Under the pieces are notes generated by a model that ran no database searches, was not told the DNA's origin, and was given only the letters and a program-made list of their open reading frames with translations. 64,000 nt of DNA from Macrostomum lignano (lineage: Eukaryota), in contig NIVC01001989.1 of the NCBI GenBank assembly GCA_002269645.1, positions 151,578-215,577 of the forward strand, written 5' to 3'. Position numbers and translations under genes: made by a program. Below are positions 46,863-61,074 of the stretch, piece by piece. Position 1 is the stretch's first letter, and each line of letters opens with the position of its first letter.

Positions 46863-47341
46863 GGCATAGTTCTAGTTTACTTCGCGATATTATTTCATAG
46901 TTCTACTTTACTTTGCAATATTATTTTTGTGTTTTTTTTGCATTTACATAGCATATTCTGCATCTGTACCCAAACCACAACCCTTTCAGCTTAATCTGCA
47001 CAATGGCCAGCTGCCCAGCTGCCCCGACATTTATTGTCCACACAAACCATATCGAGGGCACCTGGGCCCTTGCCAAGAGGCACCTGCGTGCAATACACAG
47101 TATAAGCAATGCACTCTTCGAGAGTCATCTCTTGTTTGAGCGCCGCCTATACCCGAACAATGTATTCGGCGCCATGCTTTACTGGGCTTTCGTGTATTAT
47201 CCTGTTTAAGTGACTTGGCAACTTTAACTGACTGTTTTTCTGACTTGTGACACTTAAGCTGAACCTGGAAAGTGACAAAAACAGGGTGAAATAATTTAGC
47301 GAAAGGCAAAATAATACCGCAAAGTAAACTAGAACTATGCT
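46863..47341 (+). mobile_element. Merlin (IS1016/IS1595-like) DNA transposon deletion derivative, 479 bp
   Basis: 33-bp TIRs at 46863-46895 and 47309-47341 (30/33 match). 8-bp TSD GACTTACT/AACTTACT (7/8). Internal frame 46952-47209 encodes LHLYPNHN...VHTNHIEGTWALAKRHLR...HLLFERR..F...., matching the ISXO2/Merlin C-terminal motif H..VNH...HTN.IEG.W...K. Confidence 0.8.
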
Positions 47342-47582
47342 AACTTACTTATTACTAGGCCTAACCATTGTGTTGTATTTATTGGGAGGCAAATTTGGAT
47401 TTTTCATTCAATTTAATCTAGAGGCCAGGCTAGACTCATGAATAAATGAGCCTCATATTATGAGCCTTGAAAAGATTCATATGAATTAATTTTTTGAGTG
47501 GAACTGCCACACTAAACCAGGTTTTATGTAAATTAATAGTAGGCTATACCAAGCAATTTTTGATACAAGAATGTCGAATATA

Positions 47583-47729
47583 TACACAGCAACAGTCAAA
47601 AGTTCCACCTGTACAAATCAGGCGTAGTTAGAGAGAAAATTTTTCATTTAAAGTGCACAGTAAAAAGTGAGTAAAAATATTCTTGCTTCGTGGGTCAGTG
47701 GGTGGAACTTTTGACTGTTGTTTGGTGTA
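47583..47729. mobile_element. Small TA-flanked MITE-like hairpin (Tc1/mariner-type)
   Basis: TACAC..CAACAGTCAAAAGTTCCACC versus GGTGGAACTTTTGACTGTTG..GTGTA, with a perfect 20-bp inverted core and TA at both ends. Confidence 0.6.
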
Positions 47730-49444
47730 TATCACTGATGGCGACTTGCTAAGTTGTTTTTCGCAGGAGGGTGCACAAGCACAAGATAGTTTTTTTATTA
47801 AATTATTGAATTTTGTGCGGTTCCGTTAATCCGCTCCGCCTCCCGACATGTCCGAAGCAGCAAAAAATTGTTGAAGGACGAGTTGATGGCAGCGAGATGC
47901 CGGACATCTCATCTCTTCTCACCTGATGCAATTAATTTACAGGAAAGCGGTTCGAATTTAAAAATAAAGGCGAACGTCATTATTAATATTAAATAAACAA
48001 ATAAATGCAAAATTTCACATCGAACTTGTACAGCCATTGCAAAGCCTATTTTCTTTTCCGAAGTAGACGTCACTTCTATAGTGATTGAAGTAGGAATTAA
48101 TTTAAACTTCAACATTCTTCATAACGCCTTCACAGACCTAGCTGTTTTTCATTTTACCAAATATAGCCTCGAGGCTTGAGTTGCTGAATAGAAGTGGACA
48201 CGTATAGTTTTATTTAGGGTTAAAAAAATAAAAACATAGAATAAAAATGCCCGGATAAATTATTCACTGTATATACGAATAAAATTATGTAACTTGGATC
48301 CGTTACTTTTCTGAGGGCGATTTGCCCACCGAAGTTTTACTGCCGACTCGAAGACATTTGCCGGCTGAAATTTTACTGTTTAAAGTTTTGTAATTGCTCC
48401 TCACAGTTATCATGCTGTCGTAATTCTATACTTCCTTTTTCGTTCCGGCCATGCACGGACGATCGACTATATACTTAAAGTTACTTCCTAGCTACGACTT
48501 AATTGAGTAAAAAATAGATTCTGGCTCTTTTGACTAAATTGTTTGATTTTCGAAGCAAAGAAGTCATGTGATTTGTTAATGAAGAAAGCAGCCCATCGCA
48601 ATGTTGATCCCTAATTTTGAACCATGAGCGTCAAATTCAAATTCATGTCAAAAACATGCCTTGGTCAACTGGAAAATTAACGCAGGAAAATATTAGAGTA
48701 GCCCATGCAGTATACGTAGAATACATGTATATACAGCAAACTGTTTAGAGACTGGCATGGATGGAATGAGAGCGGAGATGGGGGCAATAAATGGGGTTGG
48801 AATGATTGGGTTTGGGGGCTGAGCGCGCATGGCCTAGGACTTTACAGTATATCTAAATCATTTTCATACTAACTGTTGCGAGAAGATCGAATATAGAAGC
48901 CTAAAAAGATTCTATAGATTTATAAGAAAAAATAACACTAACTAATACTGTATCTCATGCACATCGGTCGTATGTGCTTCTATAGGGATGCTTCTATAGG
49001 GGATCAGACATTTTTCTCATATACGCTATATATTACATATGCGGTCCGCTATATACGAAAGAAATCACACCCGTAGCCCGTACCTACCTACTGACAAACC
49101 ATTTATTTTAGTAATAGCTAGTGGATAAAAATTATTATTAATTGCTGGATTGTTGGCACGGGACGGACCTTAGAAGACGCCGTCCCACAACCAAATCTTG
49201 GCATCTTCTAATCTCGGAAAACTTTTACAATACCTGTAACAACTAACTCGAAAACAAAATACACATACCAGTAGCGTAAGAGCTTCGGATAGAAGCTGAA
49301 GCGCTAGTACTTATCAAAGTAAAAAGTAAAAAATCTTGGCATCAGCGCAATTTTTGTCATTCTGTCAGTTCCGTTGACTCCCTACCACATACAAGAGCGC
49401 GGATATTGTACGCATACACATAGCACACATAGCACTTACACATA

Positions 49445-49545
49445 GCCGTGTACATGTACATGCCTGACGACTAGAAAGTACACCCTAGGTACTGTACACC
49501 CTATGTGAGCATGTGCATGAGTGCGCGCCCTCATGCAGGAACCGA
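49445..49545 (+). mobile_element. SINE core fragment
   Basis: TGTACATGCCTGACGACTAGAAAG...TGTACACCCTATGTGAG matches the shared SINE core. Confidence 0.5.
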
Positions 49546-51903
49546 AGGTGAGATGCTTGTTGGATAAAGCATTTCGCGGCAACAGCCACGCGACTCTGGT
49601 AGAATTTGTATGACTTTCGAGTATAACGCGTCAATCATTTATACTTTAGCTGTAAAAAAACACACACTTTAGAAAACCTACACGACCTAGCTCGCAAAAG
49701 TTTCTATATTCAGCGCTACTGCTGTAAGCTAAAGCAAACCGATACCCAAGAGCTTCATTCGCGATCTTTTTACCATCACTTTTTGTCTCTTAATTTTGAT
49801 ACAGTTCATAAAACCGAATATTTAACTACTTGGCAAAGCAGACACGCAAAGGCGCGACCTTTAGAGTTAAAAATTTATAACATAGATTAGCCAAGCGCTC
49901 AGACAATTCGCAAGCCACGTCTGTATAAGAGAACCCGATTTCAACTAACTTTACTTGAATTGGACATGCATCCACATTATATGCTTAATTAGCCTTAAAA
50001 CATGCGCACCCCGCTACGCACGTACCTCAAAACATCACAGAAAGGGTGTTGCAGTGATTAGAAGAAATTCAGAATTTCTGTGCTTATCCTGCTCCACTGT
50101 ACTAACTTGCATCAACTGCTTCTTTCAGACGTATAATTTCATGCTTTATTAGCATAACTGAGCGTGTGTTCTTCTACAAGTAGATCAGGCAGCAAAACAA
50201 TAGGGAAATTTCTGGACAAATATCATTCCCAGCCAATATGCAGACTTTCACTTACTTTGTACTCGTGCTGCTAGAACAGTGGAGCTTTTCGATTTAATTG
50301 GCCTTAATCCCATTTAATTTGCAGCCGACAATTAGGGCTAAATTAAATTGAAATTTAATGAAGTGGCAAATTGTTCTGCTGAGAAGTGGAGTGCCAATTA
50401 AATTGATTTATTAATGCCAGTACTCGGATTTGAAAAAAGTTACCTTTTGAGTTAGGCCAAAGCAATACGCGAACATAGCAACTCTCGCATGCAGTGAGCT
50501 CGTATTGGGTGGCCTTTGGTGAGTTCGCAATGATCACCCGAAGAACATGCAGAGCCAGGGGTGCTTTGTCCTTGCTCTCTATGAGAACAACTAGAAAACT
50601 GCGCTACAGTTATTTCAGACCCTGCTGCTGTCATTGTTTTTAAAAGCAATTGTCAATTATTTCTATCTGTTTTCACGAGTGATTGCATATAGACCTGAAC
50701 CTTTCACCTGTTCGCTTCATCAGCTAGTGCATGACAAGCCATTGTTATCGCGTTTTCCCATACTTTTTCTAATGTCCAATACAAGTAACGGTATTTAAAT
50801 TGGATAAGACGAGTTTTTAAACACATTTGTTACCGAATTTTCATCTTCAGATATTCTTTAGTCATAGTTAATGATCGGATATTCATTTTTCGTTTCAGAT
50901 TGTTTTATTCTGAGAATTTAGCTCTAGTTTAAAAAAATTCAAGCAGGTTTTAAACAATAAAATATAGATAGATACAACGATTTCCCATTATTCCAAGACA
51001 TTATTTCCATTTCAGTGATTTTATCTGATGGTTAGATTCAAATACCAGTATAATCCCGGAAACTCGTTATGTTTATGTTTCACAATAGATTATAAGGTTG
51101 CATTTGAGATATCATTTTATAAAAATCCCAAGGAGCCGAGGGCCGAAGCGAGCATTTTTTATAGTCTAACATAATTTTATCAGATGCTGTATATGCACCT
51201 ATACCTATACGTACTGATCTTGTTAACTTTCGTAATCAGATTTGAAAAACTGTCGACAGCAAGACTGATAGACAGTCTGTAGACAATAAACAGTACACTT
51301 CTACTGTAGACTATCTAGAATTTTAAAAAGCCAACCTAAAGTTTTGCGTCAATAATACAGTTATTACTTTGGTAACGATCGAATCAGTAGACTCAAATCA
51401 GTAGCTTATCTCCGCTACCACAGACACAGGAATTCTTTATTGGTATCAACGCATTATACACGTTCAATTTGAACTGTTTAATGTAGCCAATAACAAGTAA
51501 CATCAAAACATGATGAATCAGTAAATAGTTAGATCCACGCTGAAGTCACAGTACAGTATACCATAACACACCGAGGTGAACTTGGTGAAGCAAAAATTCG
51601 TTGGACCGTAGAAATTTAACGCCAGCGCGCCCCATTCCTGATGCAGAGACACAGCGCAGGCCTTCTACACTTAAGAAGCTTTTGACCATATACTATATGC
51701 AGAGATACAGGGAGCGGTGATTAATTTCTCCACCGGAGATGAACTCGTGCTAAATATAAATCCATCGAGGCTCACAGTCAGTGGTGAAAATTAGAATTGA
51801 AGCGAAATCTCCCCGTTTCAGTGTGTTTTCTGTATTAAATTTCCAAGAATACACAGTGTGGTCCTTTAGAACTTGAACTAGAACTTGAGAGCTTGAGACT
51901 CGC

Positions 51904-52247
<344 letters not shown>

Positions 52248-55081
52248 GGCTAATAGATCCGCTACCCGGGGCTCGAATCAAATGCGATTTTTCCAAACAG
52301 GATACAATTTACAGATGTGTGTTTTTTCTGAACGCGTAGCATAGCTAGAGACAAGGATTTTTATGCGGTTTCTCTCCATAAAACGCTTCAGCGCCTCAAC
52401 ATAGCTGCAAGTTTAGTTATCAGCTGGAAATTCCATCTCGTGAGCTTCACAAGGAATGCAAACTAGACTCGTATGCCATTTAAGGAGGCTGGCTGCTGTC
52501 GATCCGCCTCTGCGAAACAGTTGATAGCGAGCTTAATTGGTAACAAAAATGTCAGCTATGTCTGTCTGAGATGTCTGACCCAAGAACATGTTGACGTAAG
52601 TGAGAGAATATCCAGCACATATCTATGGATATAGCATATACGAGCGTACTAGTGTTAACACAGTATAGCATACTATTACTTCTAGAACTGCAGTTTTGCT
52701 ACAATTCGTAACGGTTTCAACGAAAAACCGGAACTGCTGCATTGCACTCTGCCGGCGCCGTCGGGGATCGCCGAACAACTAAGCGCCAGCGAAACCTGCG
52801 AATGCGATGGCGATGTAGCGCTGAGTCAGGAATCTTTTCAAAGATTGGATGGCCCAGACGTGGCTTGCCCCGTTGCAATGGATCGGATCGAAGTGGAAGA
52901 AGTCATGCTGTGTACATTGGTGGCTACACGCTGCGAACAGTCACGACCTTTAACTGCAGTGCGTGGAAAAGTCAGTTGCTGTCCGAAGTCTGACACAGCT
53001 TTAACCTTTCATGTCATGTCAGCCGTTGGGAATCAGCATCGCTGTATTTGATGAAGTGGAGCTTTATTTCGCTACGAGACGTCTGCAACTCGCTGCTGCA
53101 CTGACGTGATGGCATGCATCCTGATATAAGCATTTCTGGAGTTAGTCTACCCTGCTGTGAAGAACATGTTAAATAGTCTGCAACTACCTACCATGAGACT
53201 GTACTCATGGGTTCGTCGGCATCATTGGTGCAGGCTGAGAATGCGCAGGTTTAGCGGAGAAAAGGAGCGCACTGCTGCAAGAAGAAGGCTGCAGAAGCTC
53301 CTATAAGCCGAATCTTGCGTAGCCATACATAGCCATGTTTATGTACGAACAATGAAGATGAAACTGTTAGTTTAGTTTCCAATATTCTAGAATTCTCACG
53401 GAGATATTGTTAGAATATACAGATTATTACTGTAGTCCATTGTTCTCACTGATGCTACCGGTATTGTTAACATTCTTGTACATGTATTCGCATATAAATT
53501 TTAATTGGTATACTGTATGCTCATAATTTGCTTGTTGGTTAATCCCACATTGAAAGAGCATTTAAACTAGGAAAGAGCCCTTTATTGAATAGCATTGTAA
53601 CGAAATTTTAATAACGCAAATAATCATTTAGGTAAAAATATTTACCCAGAAAATCCTGCTTTTAGTGTAAAGTAAACGGAACGGACCGCTATAGCTAGGC
53701 TTGGGAGAGTTTGAAAGTGAGATTTTTTCGGTGAGAGTTTGCAATTACTCAATAGTACATGTGTTGATGTCGCCTAGTATGCTTTTAGTAAATCAACGTA
53801 GCGAGCCGTCACTATCTGCTTCAAACAGACTTTGCTCAACACTAGGGACAGGAAACGACAAAAGTTGGAGGTTGATCTATTAATAACTCAGTCCTCGAAA
53901 AAGCATTGCTTGAATAGGTTTTTTACCACAGACACAAATTCACTGTCACCTTAATGGAAAGCACTAAGAAGATAGAAGCTTATTCACGTCCCTAGTATTG
54001 AGTGGTTCTTGATTTAAAATTAGCAACATAGCCGGATCTGCCATAACCAAGAAAACAAATTTAGCCTAGTCGTCTCTATGCACTAAAAAATAAAACAGGA
54101 TCAGGAAGACCGTTCTAGTTTAGAGAGTAAATTACTCACAAGACACCACTTCCAAGTCATAAAATTGATGAATTGGAACAAACAATGTCTAAAATATAAG
54201 CTAGATACCTTTTATTTTTCTAAGAACACGATATAGCCACGCGCGCACCGTTAAATGCGAATAATGAGACTACAGAGAAGCTGACAGAGGGCTTTCATCG
54301 AAATAATTTTATTCAGCTAATACAATTAAGCAGATGGTAATAGTGTTAGTCCTGTATACTAAAAGTGAAAATTGAAGCTAAAAATACGCTTTATTCATAT
54401 TTTCCAACACAAGTCTGTCAAATGAACTCTTTTTCTACCGTTAGTTGCCAAAGCGAGGATATTTCTAACTGAAGTCATGAAAATTTATTGAAAGTCCAAA
54501 TAATTCTAAATGTGTATGTATAATTATTCACCCATAAAGTTTGCAGGCAGCCCACTAAAATAGTCCAGCGAGCGCTAAAATTTCCTGGCGCAAGAAGGCA
54601 CAGAATCCGTATACTAAAAATGGTCTTTCAACACTAAAATCCAGACTGCAGTTCGAGACAAGACGCTGCAACAACAACAGTATAGATAATTTGCTCTGAA
54701 CTGTGGCCTCGACTCCGGAGCCCCGGATTCTGTCGGTCTGCTATGGAAAATTCCAGACTTGGGGTAGAGAGGGGAGTTTTCTCTGAAAGTAGACTCTAAT
54801 TCTGACTGACGCTTTCTATTAGAATAAAAGCTTCGAATTCTCAGCCCCTGTACTCACTAATAGTTCGATCGCGATCGTAATCTGCGCTGGATTCCTAAAT
54901 TTACAATACGATGGACTGCGATTTTCATCCTTAGCAGGCTTTATTGTCAGAGTTATCCGGCAAAAGGCTAATCAAATTAAATAGATTGCAAAGAAACTAT
55001 TTGACCGCACGCTACAGATTACAGATTCTGTAATAACCAGTATTGCGGTGTGTGTATTAGCCTAACTACATGTACAACCAG

Positions 55082-58000
55082 CTAGTTTTCGACCTCGCTC
55101 AGCAGGCTGTGATAGGCCACTGTCGGTGACTCATCGCGCCGTCTGCCAAGCCAGCTGCGCAGCCAGAAAAAATGAACAGCAGCTAGCAGCAGGATGACTG
55201 ATGGCAGCGCCACGGCTACGGCAATAAGAATTCTAGTAATAGTTGAGTCCAAGGACACGGCTTGGCCAGTGCCATCGTGTCCCGAGTCGCCGAGGCAGAG
55301 GCTGCGGAACTGGCCGGGGCTGAGGCGGCAGCCGGCCAGCAGCGCAGCCAGTCGGTGCAGCGGGCAATTGAGGCCAGCGCCGCAGCCGGGGACCCGGATG
55401 GGCAGCGGCTCCGCCTGGCTGTCATTCCTGTAGAAGATTTTCACCTCGGCCAGCGAGCCGTTCCGGGCTGCAGTTGCGTGCAGCTCGAACATCAGGCAGG
55501 CGGCGTAGTTCGGCCACACCGAGTAGTCCTTGTTGCCAAGGGCGGCTAGAAGCGGCACCAGGGTCACATCGTGGCCAGAGTAGATCATCAGGCGTCGGCC
55601 TCGGCCAGCGGCCGCGTCCTCCATGCCGGACAGGAGGTCGTCTATCAGGACGCCGCTTCGCATTTGTCGCAGCTCCACGGTGCTGGCGAATTCCGACCAG
55701 GAGAACCGGCCGAGCTGGCGCAGGCGAAGCTGAGTGTCCGGCACCAGGGCCCAGGCTGGCAGGCTGAGATTGGCTGTGCGAAGCACCATCAGAGTGTCAA
55801 TCACCTGTCAAGGTGGGGCGGCGAGATGCTCTCAATGATTGCTGAGATGTCAATGCTTACTGGGGGAATTGCTGAGATGTCAAGGCTTATTGGGGGAATC
55901 ACTGAGATGTCAAGGCTTACTGGGGAATTGCTGAGATGTCAAGGCTTACTGGGGAATTGCTAAGAAGTCAAGGCAAATAGGATTCACGTAAATAATTTCC
56001 GTCCCTTGCTAATGGGGCGCCCCGAAGGGGGGACAAGATTGCAAGTTACTCTCTAAAATTAATTAATAATTATGATAAATGCTTATGTAAGGCCCTTTTA
56101 TTGGAGACGAACAAATCCGTATAGTTTTTATTGAGCGATTAATAAAGTCTATCAATCCTATCCATCATCCCATCTTATCCAGAGTTCACCTCTCGAAGTA
56201 AAAAATCTTGGCCTGGAACCCCCCCCCCCAAAGTTTCTCGTGTCTTCCGACTTCTGGACTCGGTGCCTGTAATAGCTGCACTGTGCCATAAAAACCAATG
56301 ACAGAAGTTCATGAAGAACGTTAATGTCTAGTCGTATAAAAAAACGACAGTAAGTGCATGTGACAATGCCATGCATCCTTTAATTAAAGAAATCTGCCTC
56401 CCTAAGACTGCTGATCCAATCGAAGGTCCCTAACAGGAACTGGGACGATACAGAAGACACGTGATGCAAATGCATTAGATTTCCGACTCAAAAATGAGTT
56501 GGAGCCAATACAATTAGCTGCTGCTGGGGCGAAACTGGCACAGCTGCTGACGGGCAGCGCCTCCATGTGGCAACGGTGGTGTACAATTAGCTACCGTATG
56601 TCGGGGCACAACGGAAAGCAAGGCTACAACAATGGCAACATCCGCGGCTTACCTTGTAGACATTGTTGAGCGTAATTGACCCGCGTCCCGAGCCGGCCTC
56701 GGCCGACAGGCGGCGCAGAAAGCCGGCCATCTCAACTTCTAAGCGTCGCCGCTCCGACGAGTTGCGACGAGCCTCCGTCGTTAGTTGGACAAATCGCTGT
56801 CTGCAGCCTTCGAAATCGCTGGGCAGCAGCATCGGGTCCGCGCTGCTAGCCACCGTGTGTACCGGAATCGGCTGCCAGCTGAGCCCCGCCTGCCACACCT
56901 GGTCGCCAGTTGGCGGGAACAGGCCCGCCAGACAGGCCTGCGCGCTCATCAGCGTGCGGTCGATGTCGCTGGATCGGACGCGGTGCTCGCTGCTGTTGTA
57001 CCTGGCAAGTCAGTGCAGTAGACTGGGGCTGTTAAGCAGAATGCCGCACAAGTAAATCATGCAAATGGGGATGTCAAGTTAAGCAACGGGATGGATCCCG
57101 AAGTAAAGATCCAAACCAAACCGGTAGCAAAAAGCTCTACATCTAGACAATGCATTACGAAAGCCTGTTACGAAATTACCTTATTTTCTCAGAGTTAAAT
57201 TGGTTTGCAGGGAAGAAAATAGGCAATAGCGCTTATTCATGCTCGCTAGGATCCCTACTCTACTCAGAATAGGTAATCCTAGGTAAACGAGACTTCCCGC
57301 TCTTTAATTAGCGCTGCATAGAGATAGACTGAGCAATTAATTTTCTAAAAAGGAAATATAATTAAATTATTGGGTTTGGATAATTGGGTTAAAGCAAAAA
57401 ATAAGAAATCACTCTCTCTATTCAGTGACCAATAAAACTGAAAGGCTTAATGAATGCAAAATCGGAAGCAGATTTTTCGATGCATTTCCTTATTGATTTT
57501 GATTCTAAAAACTGACTGCAGTTGATAAAGGGCCAGACGAGTAGTTTGGGGCAGATCGGCTCAGCGGTAAACGCGCCTGACTCTCACGCTACGGCTGTTG
57601 GTTCGATTCCTCGATTCCCTGTGCAGCCTCATTAATTGAAAGCTTGCACACGAAATTTTGTCGGGGTCGTTGAGCCATTCACGACCAATGAGGGCCAGCC
57701 CCAAGGCACAGAGACTGTACATGCCTGACGATTGGACAGTCAGGGCTGCTGTACACCCTGTGTGAACACCGGCGCCCGGCGCTCCCACCGGCGCTCCCAC
57801 CGGCGCTCCCACCGGCGCCCCGGATGTCAGCCTCAAGCCATGAGGCGCACCATGCCACGCTGCTCTCACTTCAAGACACACTGAATTTTAATTGTTCCTT
57901 TCACTGTTGTTTCAACCCTATACATGTAGCTATACTATTAGCACTTTCATCTTGCTTGAATGCTTGAACATTGCTAAGTACAATCAGCATAAATGCTCTT

Positions 58001-60765
58001 AGGATTAGCTAGAGCCGAAGATTCTGCACCTCCTTCATACTTTCTGTTTTGGAAAGCCTGCACTACTGCGATATTGACATTTTTGCATCCAATTGTGACC
58101 GCCTGTGGCAACGCCCTGTTGAAATGTTCAACATGTTTTGACAAACTTGAACTTGAACTTGAACTTTGCATCCATGACGCAGTGCAACGGAAAAAAATCG
58201 TCAAATTAGCCGTTGCAATTATCAGTATTAAACCAGAGTTCTCAAAACAGGTTGAACGGTTGATGAAGCGAGTGGACGCTTTCCAAAATGCTAAGTAAAA
58301 GCAGACAATCAGCCCAGCAACTGTCTTGTTCTTCAAATTTGCCTCACTAAGACTGTTGAAAATCAATCGTTTAGCGCTGTACACCCTTCTCCAGCTGGAA
58401 ATTGCAGCTTTGAGCATCAGCTAATTACAGGGGCTACTTGCAAGGCGAAATTTTCGAAATGAAAATTGTTGCTGATAAACCTCTTAAACCCATAAATTTT
58501 AGCGAGAAAAACAGCCTCACAAAACAAGGACGAAAATATTGACGCGTACTCGCGATTAAAAATCCTTTTCTGTCTTGTTTAAGCAAGGTGACGTCAAAAG
58601 TGCAAAAATATTATTTTAGGAGCGTAGCATGGTCAAAATTAAGCTTCCATGACAAGCCCTTTGCGTTCTTTCGACAGTCTAGCATATGGTCCACAATTCT
58701 AGGCTGATATTACTACTTCACAGCAACTGCAGATATGCACTGCTTTCGTCCTCACTGCTTGTGACTTTTTTATTAGAGGCAGGGGGGTTGTGTGCACCCT
58801 GGCGCACTTTAAGCGACATAGGCACACAACCGGCGAGAGGCATTACTGCCAATTCTGCCGACTCCCCTGAGCAGGCACACAAGCGCGCGGATACGTACGC
58901 AGGCACACACTCACACAGGAGTGTACAGCGGCCCTAACTTTATTTATCGTTAGGCATGTACACTTCACTGCGCCTTGGGGGTTGGCTCTCAAGGCCGTTA
59001 ATTGCACGAGCAGAGCCAAGCCGAGATTCCAATTCAGCCCCAAATTAATGTGACTGCACTTGGAATCGAGCCTGGGCCGCTGGCACACCAGAGCCTGCGC
59101 TAGACCACTGGGCTACGGCCCCCTCACTGCTTGTGACAGTCATGTCTAAAAGAAAATCTACTGGTGAATTTATAGAGCCGCTATGGACAAAATTTATGCT
59201 TGTTAGACTAAATTAAACGCCACGGTTATTTAGATAGAGTGATCCTGCAGAGAGAAAAGTTCAACAGATGACAGTTGTTAACCACTTCGAAGGTCACATG
59301 TCACCTTCAACAGTTTTACGTCTTCAACAGAAGAGCAGAGCCACTGGAAGCGTGACTCACGCTTCACCAACTTTGCAGTTTACAGGCGAGGCCAGATCAA
59401 CGCCTGCTGAAAATGGTGCGTGCTGCGTGTGGAACGGAGCGTAGAATCCCCCGTAGACAGCCGTTGAACTGTGGAATGCTGCGAAAAGTGTCAGGAAATT
59501 CCCCAGGATTGCGTTCGACGCTTTGTTCTGGAAATTCCGCGTCGAGTCAACGACCTGTTACTTGCGAGAGGAGGCTACACGCGTTTCTGAAGCTCGATCT
59601 GAACCATAGACAGGTGTGCACTTTCTGGATGAGTTGCGTTTGCTTCTAGGTAGAGAGCTGCGTTTAAAATTCTTCCCAGTGTATACGTATTTTTTCTATT
59701 GCGTCCATTGTGCATGTATTCTCATATTTGGAGAACCCAACTAATATATATAAATGAACTTGTCAATCGAACCTCGGACTAAACACATTGTTGCACCTTT
59801 CAATCAACGCCAGCTCACCTGGATCCGAGAAACTCGCCGTACCGCTTGCGAATAAATTTGCCCAATTCGAACTGGTTCCGCTTGCCAATATTAGTGAGCT
59901 GGCCCAGCCCGTCGCGCCAAGTGTTGGCCACTGTGTAGGTGTCGTTTGGCAGCGGGTGGATCGGCGACCGGTGCCCGTGGCGGAACACCAGGCCGACGTG
60001 CAGCAGCCGGCAGTCGCCAAGCGGAGCCCGCAGGTGCAGCAGGAGGAGGGCTGTCACCAGACGCGTGACCGATACTAGGGAAATCTGTGAGCAGCCTGGC
60101 AGGGTGAGTGAAAAGTTGAGTGAAAAGTCACACAACCAAAAGTGGTGCAACCAAGAACGACTTAAGTGAATCGACTGAGATAGGAACTTTTTTATTTTCT
60201 GGAGAAAAAAATCAACTAGGCTTAAAAGTATCCGCAACAGAGCGAAGACAAATTATTCAATTAATGAATGACCTGTTTCAAAGCTTCGAAAATTTTTATG
60301 AACCTATGTATTGAGCCTCGATCTCATTTTTGAAAGTTTCGTACAATACTGAAAATGACACAGCTCCATAATATTTTCAAATCTTTCCTTTACCAAGACT
60401 TGCTGTGTAAATGTATGTGTGTCATTGCAGTAGTGTCGGCTTTTTCTAATTATTGTCACTTTTGATAAAATAACTGAAATTGATTACTAAAGATTTCATT
60501 GTAAAACATTCCAAGTCACTGAAAAATATTGACTAATATACCTAAAACAGCTCGTACGTGATATGAAAAATGGAATGGACTTTTTAATTATTACAAAGTT
60601 AATTAAAGATTCCAGCTGATTTATCTTCTCGCGCAAATCCAGCCAGTCAATTATTTTCTAAGAAGCGAGACTCATCCCTGCGTGGCCATCTGGGTGCAAG
60701 CAAACCAAGCATTTTCTAACCTTGCGCTGGACCGCGGCTGTTGACATCAGCGCGGCTGGCAGCAT
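55082..60765 (-). CDS. ACP2: Histidine acid phosphatase, lysosomal (ACP2)/prostatic type; 4 exons (60765-60721, 60084-59819, 57001-56653, 55804-55082), about 460 aa
   Basis: Signal-like N-terminus; catalytic RHGHRSP; GLGQLTNIG; [20 protein letters not shown]; WQPIPVHT; SGHDVT proton-donor motif; C-terminal TM; tail YHSL (YxxL sorting motif). Splice phases 0, 2 and 0 are all consistent. The ortholog label is inferred from the TM plus tail. Confidence 0.92.
55820..55965. repeat. ~30-bp tandem repeat x5 (GGGGAATTGCTGAGATGTCAAGGCTTACT) in the last phosphatase intron
   Basis: Direct reading. Confidence 0.85.
57548..57885 (+). mobile_element. Second tRNA-derived SINE subfamily sharing the central core; contains a 12-bp (GGCGCTCCCACC) micro-expansion
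   Basis: Head GGGCAGATCGGCTCAGCGGTAAACGCG...GGTTCGATTCC has A and B boxes. Core CCCCAAGGC..TGTACATGCCTGACGATT..CAGGGCTGCTGTACACCCTGTGTGA. Confidence 0.65.
58766..59123 (-). mobile_element. Full-length tRNA-derived SINE, copy 2 (in phosphatase intron 2)
   Basis: Reverse complement of 7557-7928 with few differences. TSD TCACTGCTTGTGAC at 58752-58765 and 59124-59137. Confidence 0.9.
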
Positions 60766-61074
60766 GCCGCGAAGCTTCTTGGTGTCGTTCGAACTTCCTG
60801 TTTAAAAAAATGACAGCCGATTAGCATAGAGAAAGAACTGCAGCACATCATTTTTATGTGATCAGAACTCATTCGCCACTTATAGTTTTCATGGACACAG
60901 CGGACTTCAATATACATGTACTAATATGGAAAAGGTTGTACAGGGCTGAAACTTTGATACGCATAACGCCGAGGCTCATGACGCGGGGGCATGAGACCAG
61001 CGTCCACGTCGCGCACCTGGACGCCCCGTCAGCGAGGCAAAAGCACTGTGCCACCCTGCCGGTGACGGGGTGAC

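Noticed and set aside
52730-53330. Moderately GC-rich stretch with 70-100 aa ORFs
   Set aside because: No recognisable motifs, splice chain or repeat boundaries.
57974-58417. Overlapping 101-aa and 147-aa ORFs in the phosphatase intron
   Set aside because: No domain signature; likely chance ORFs or unrecognisable transposon debris.
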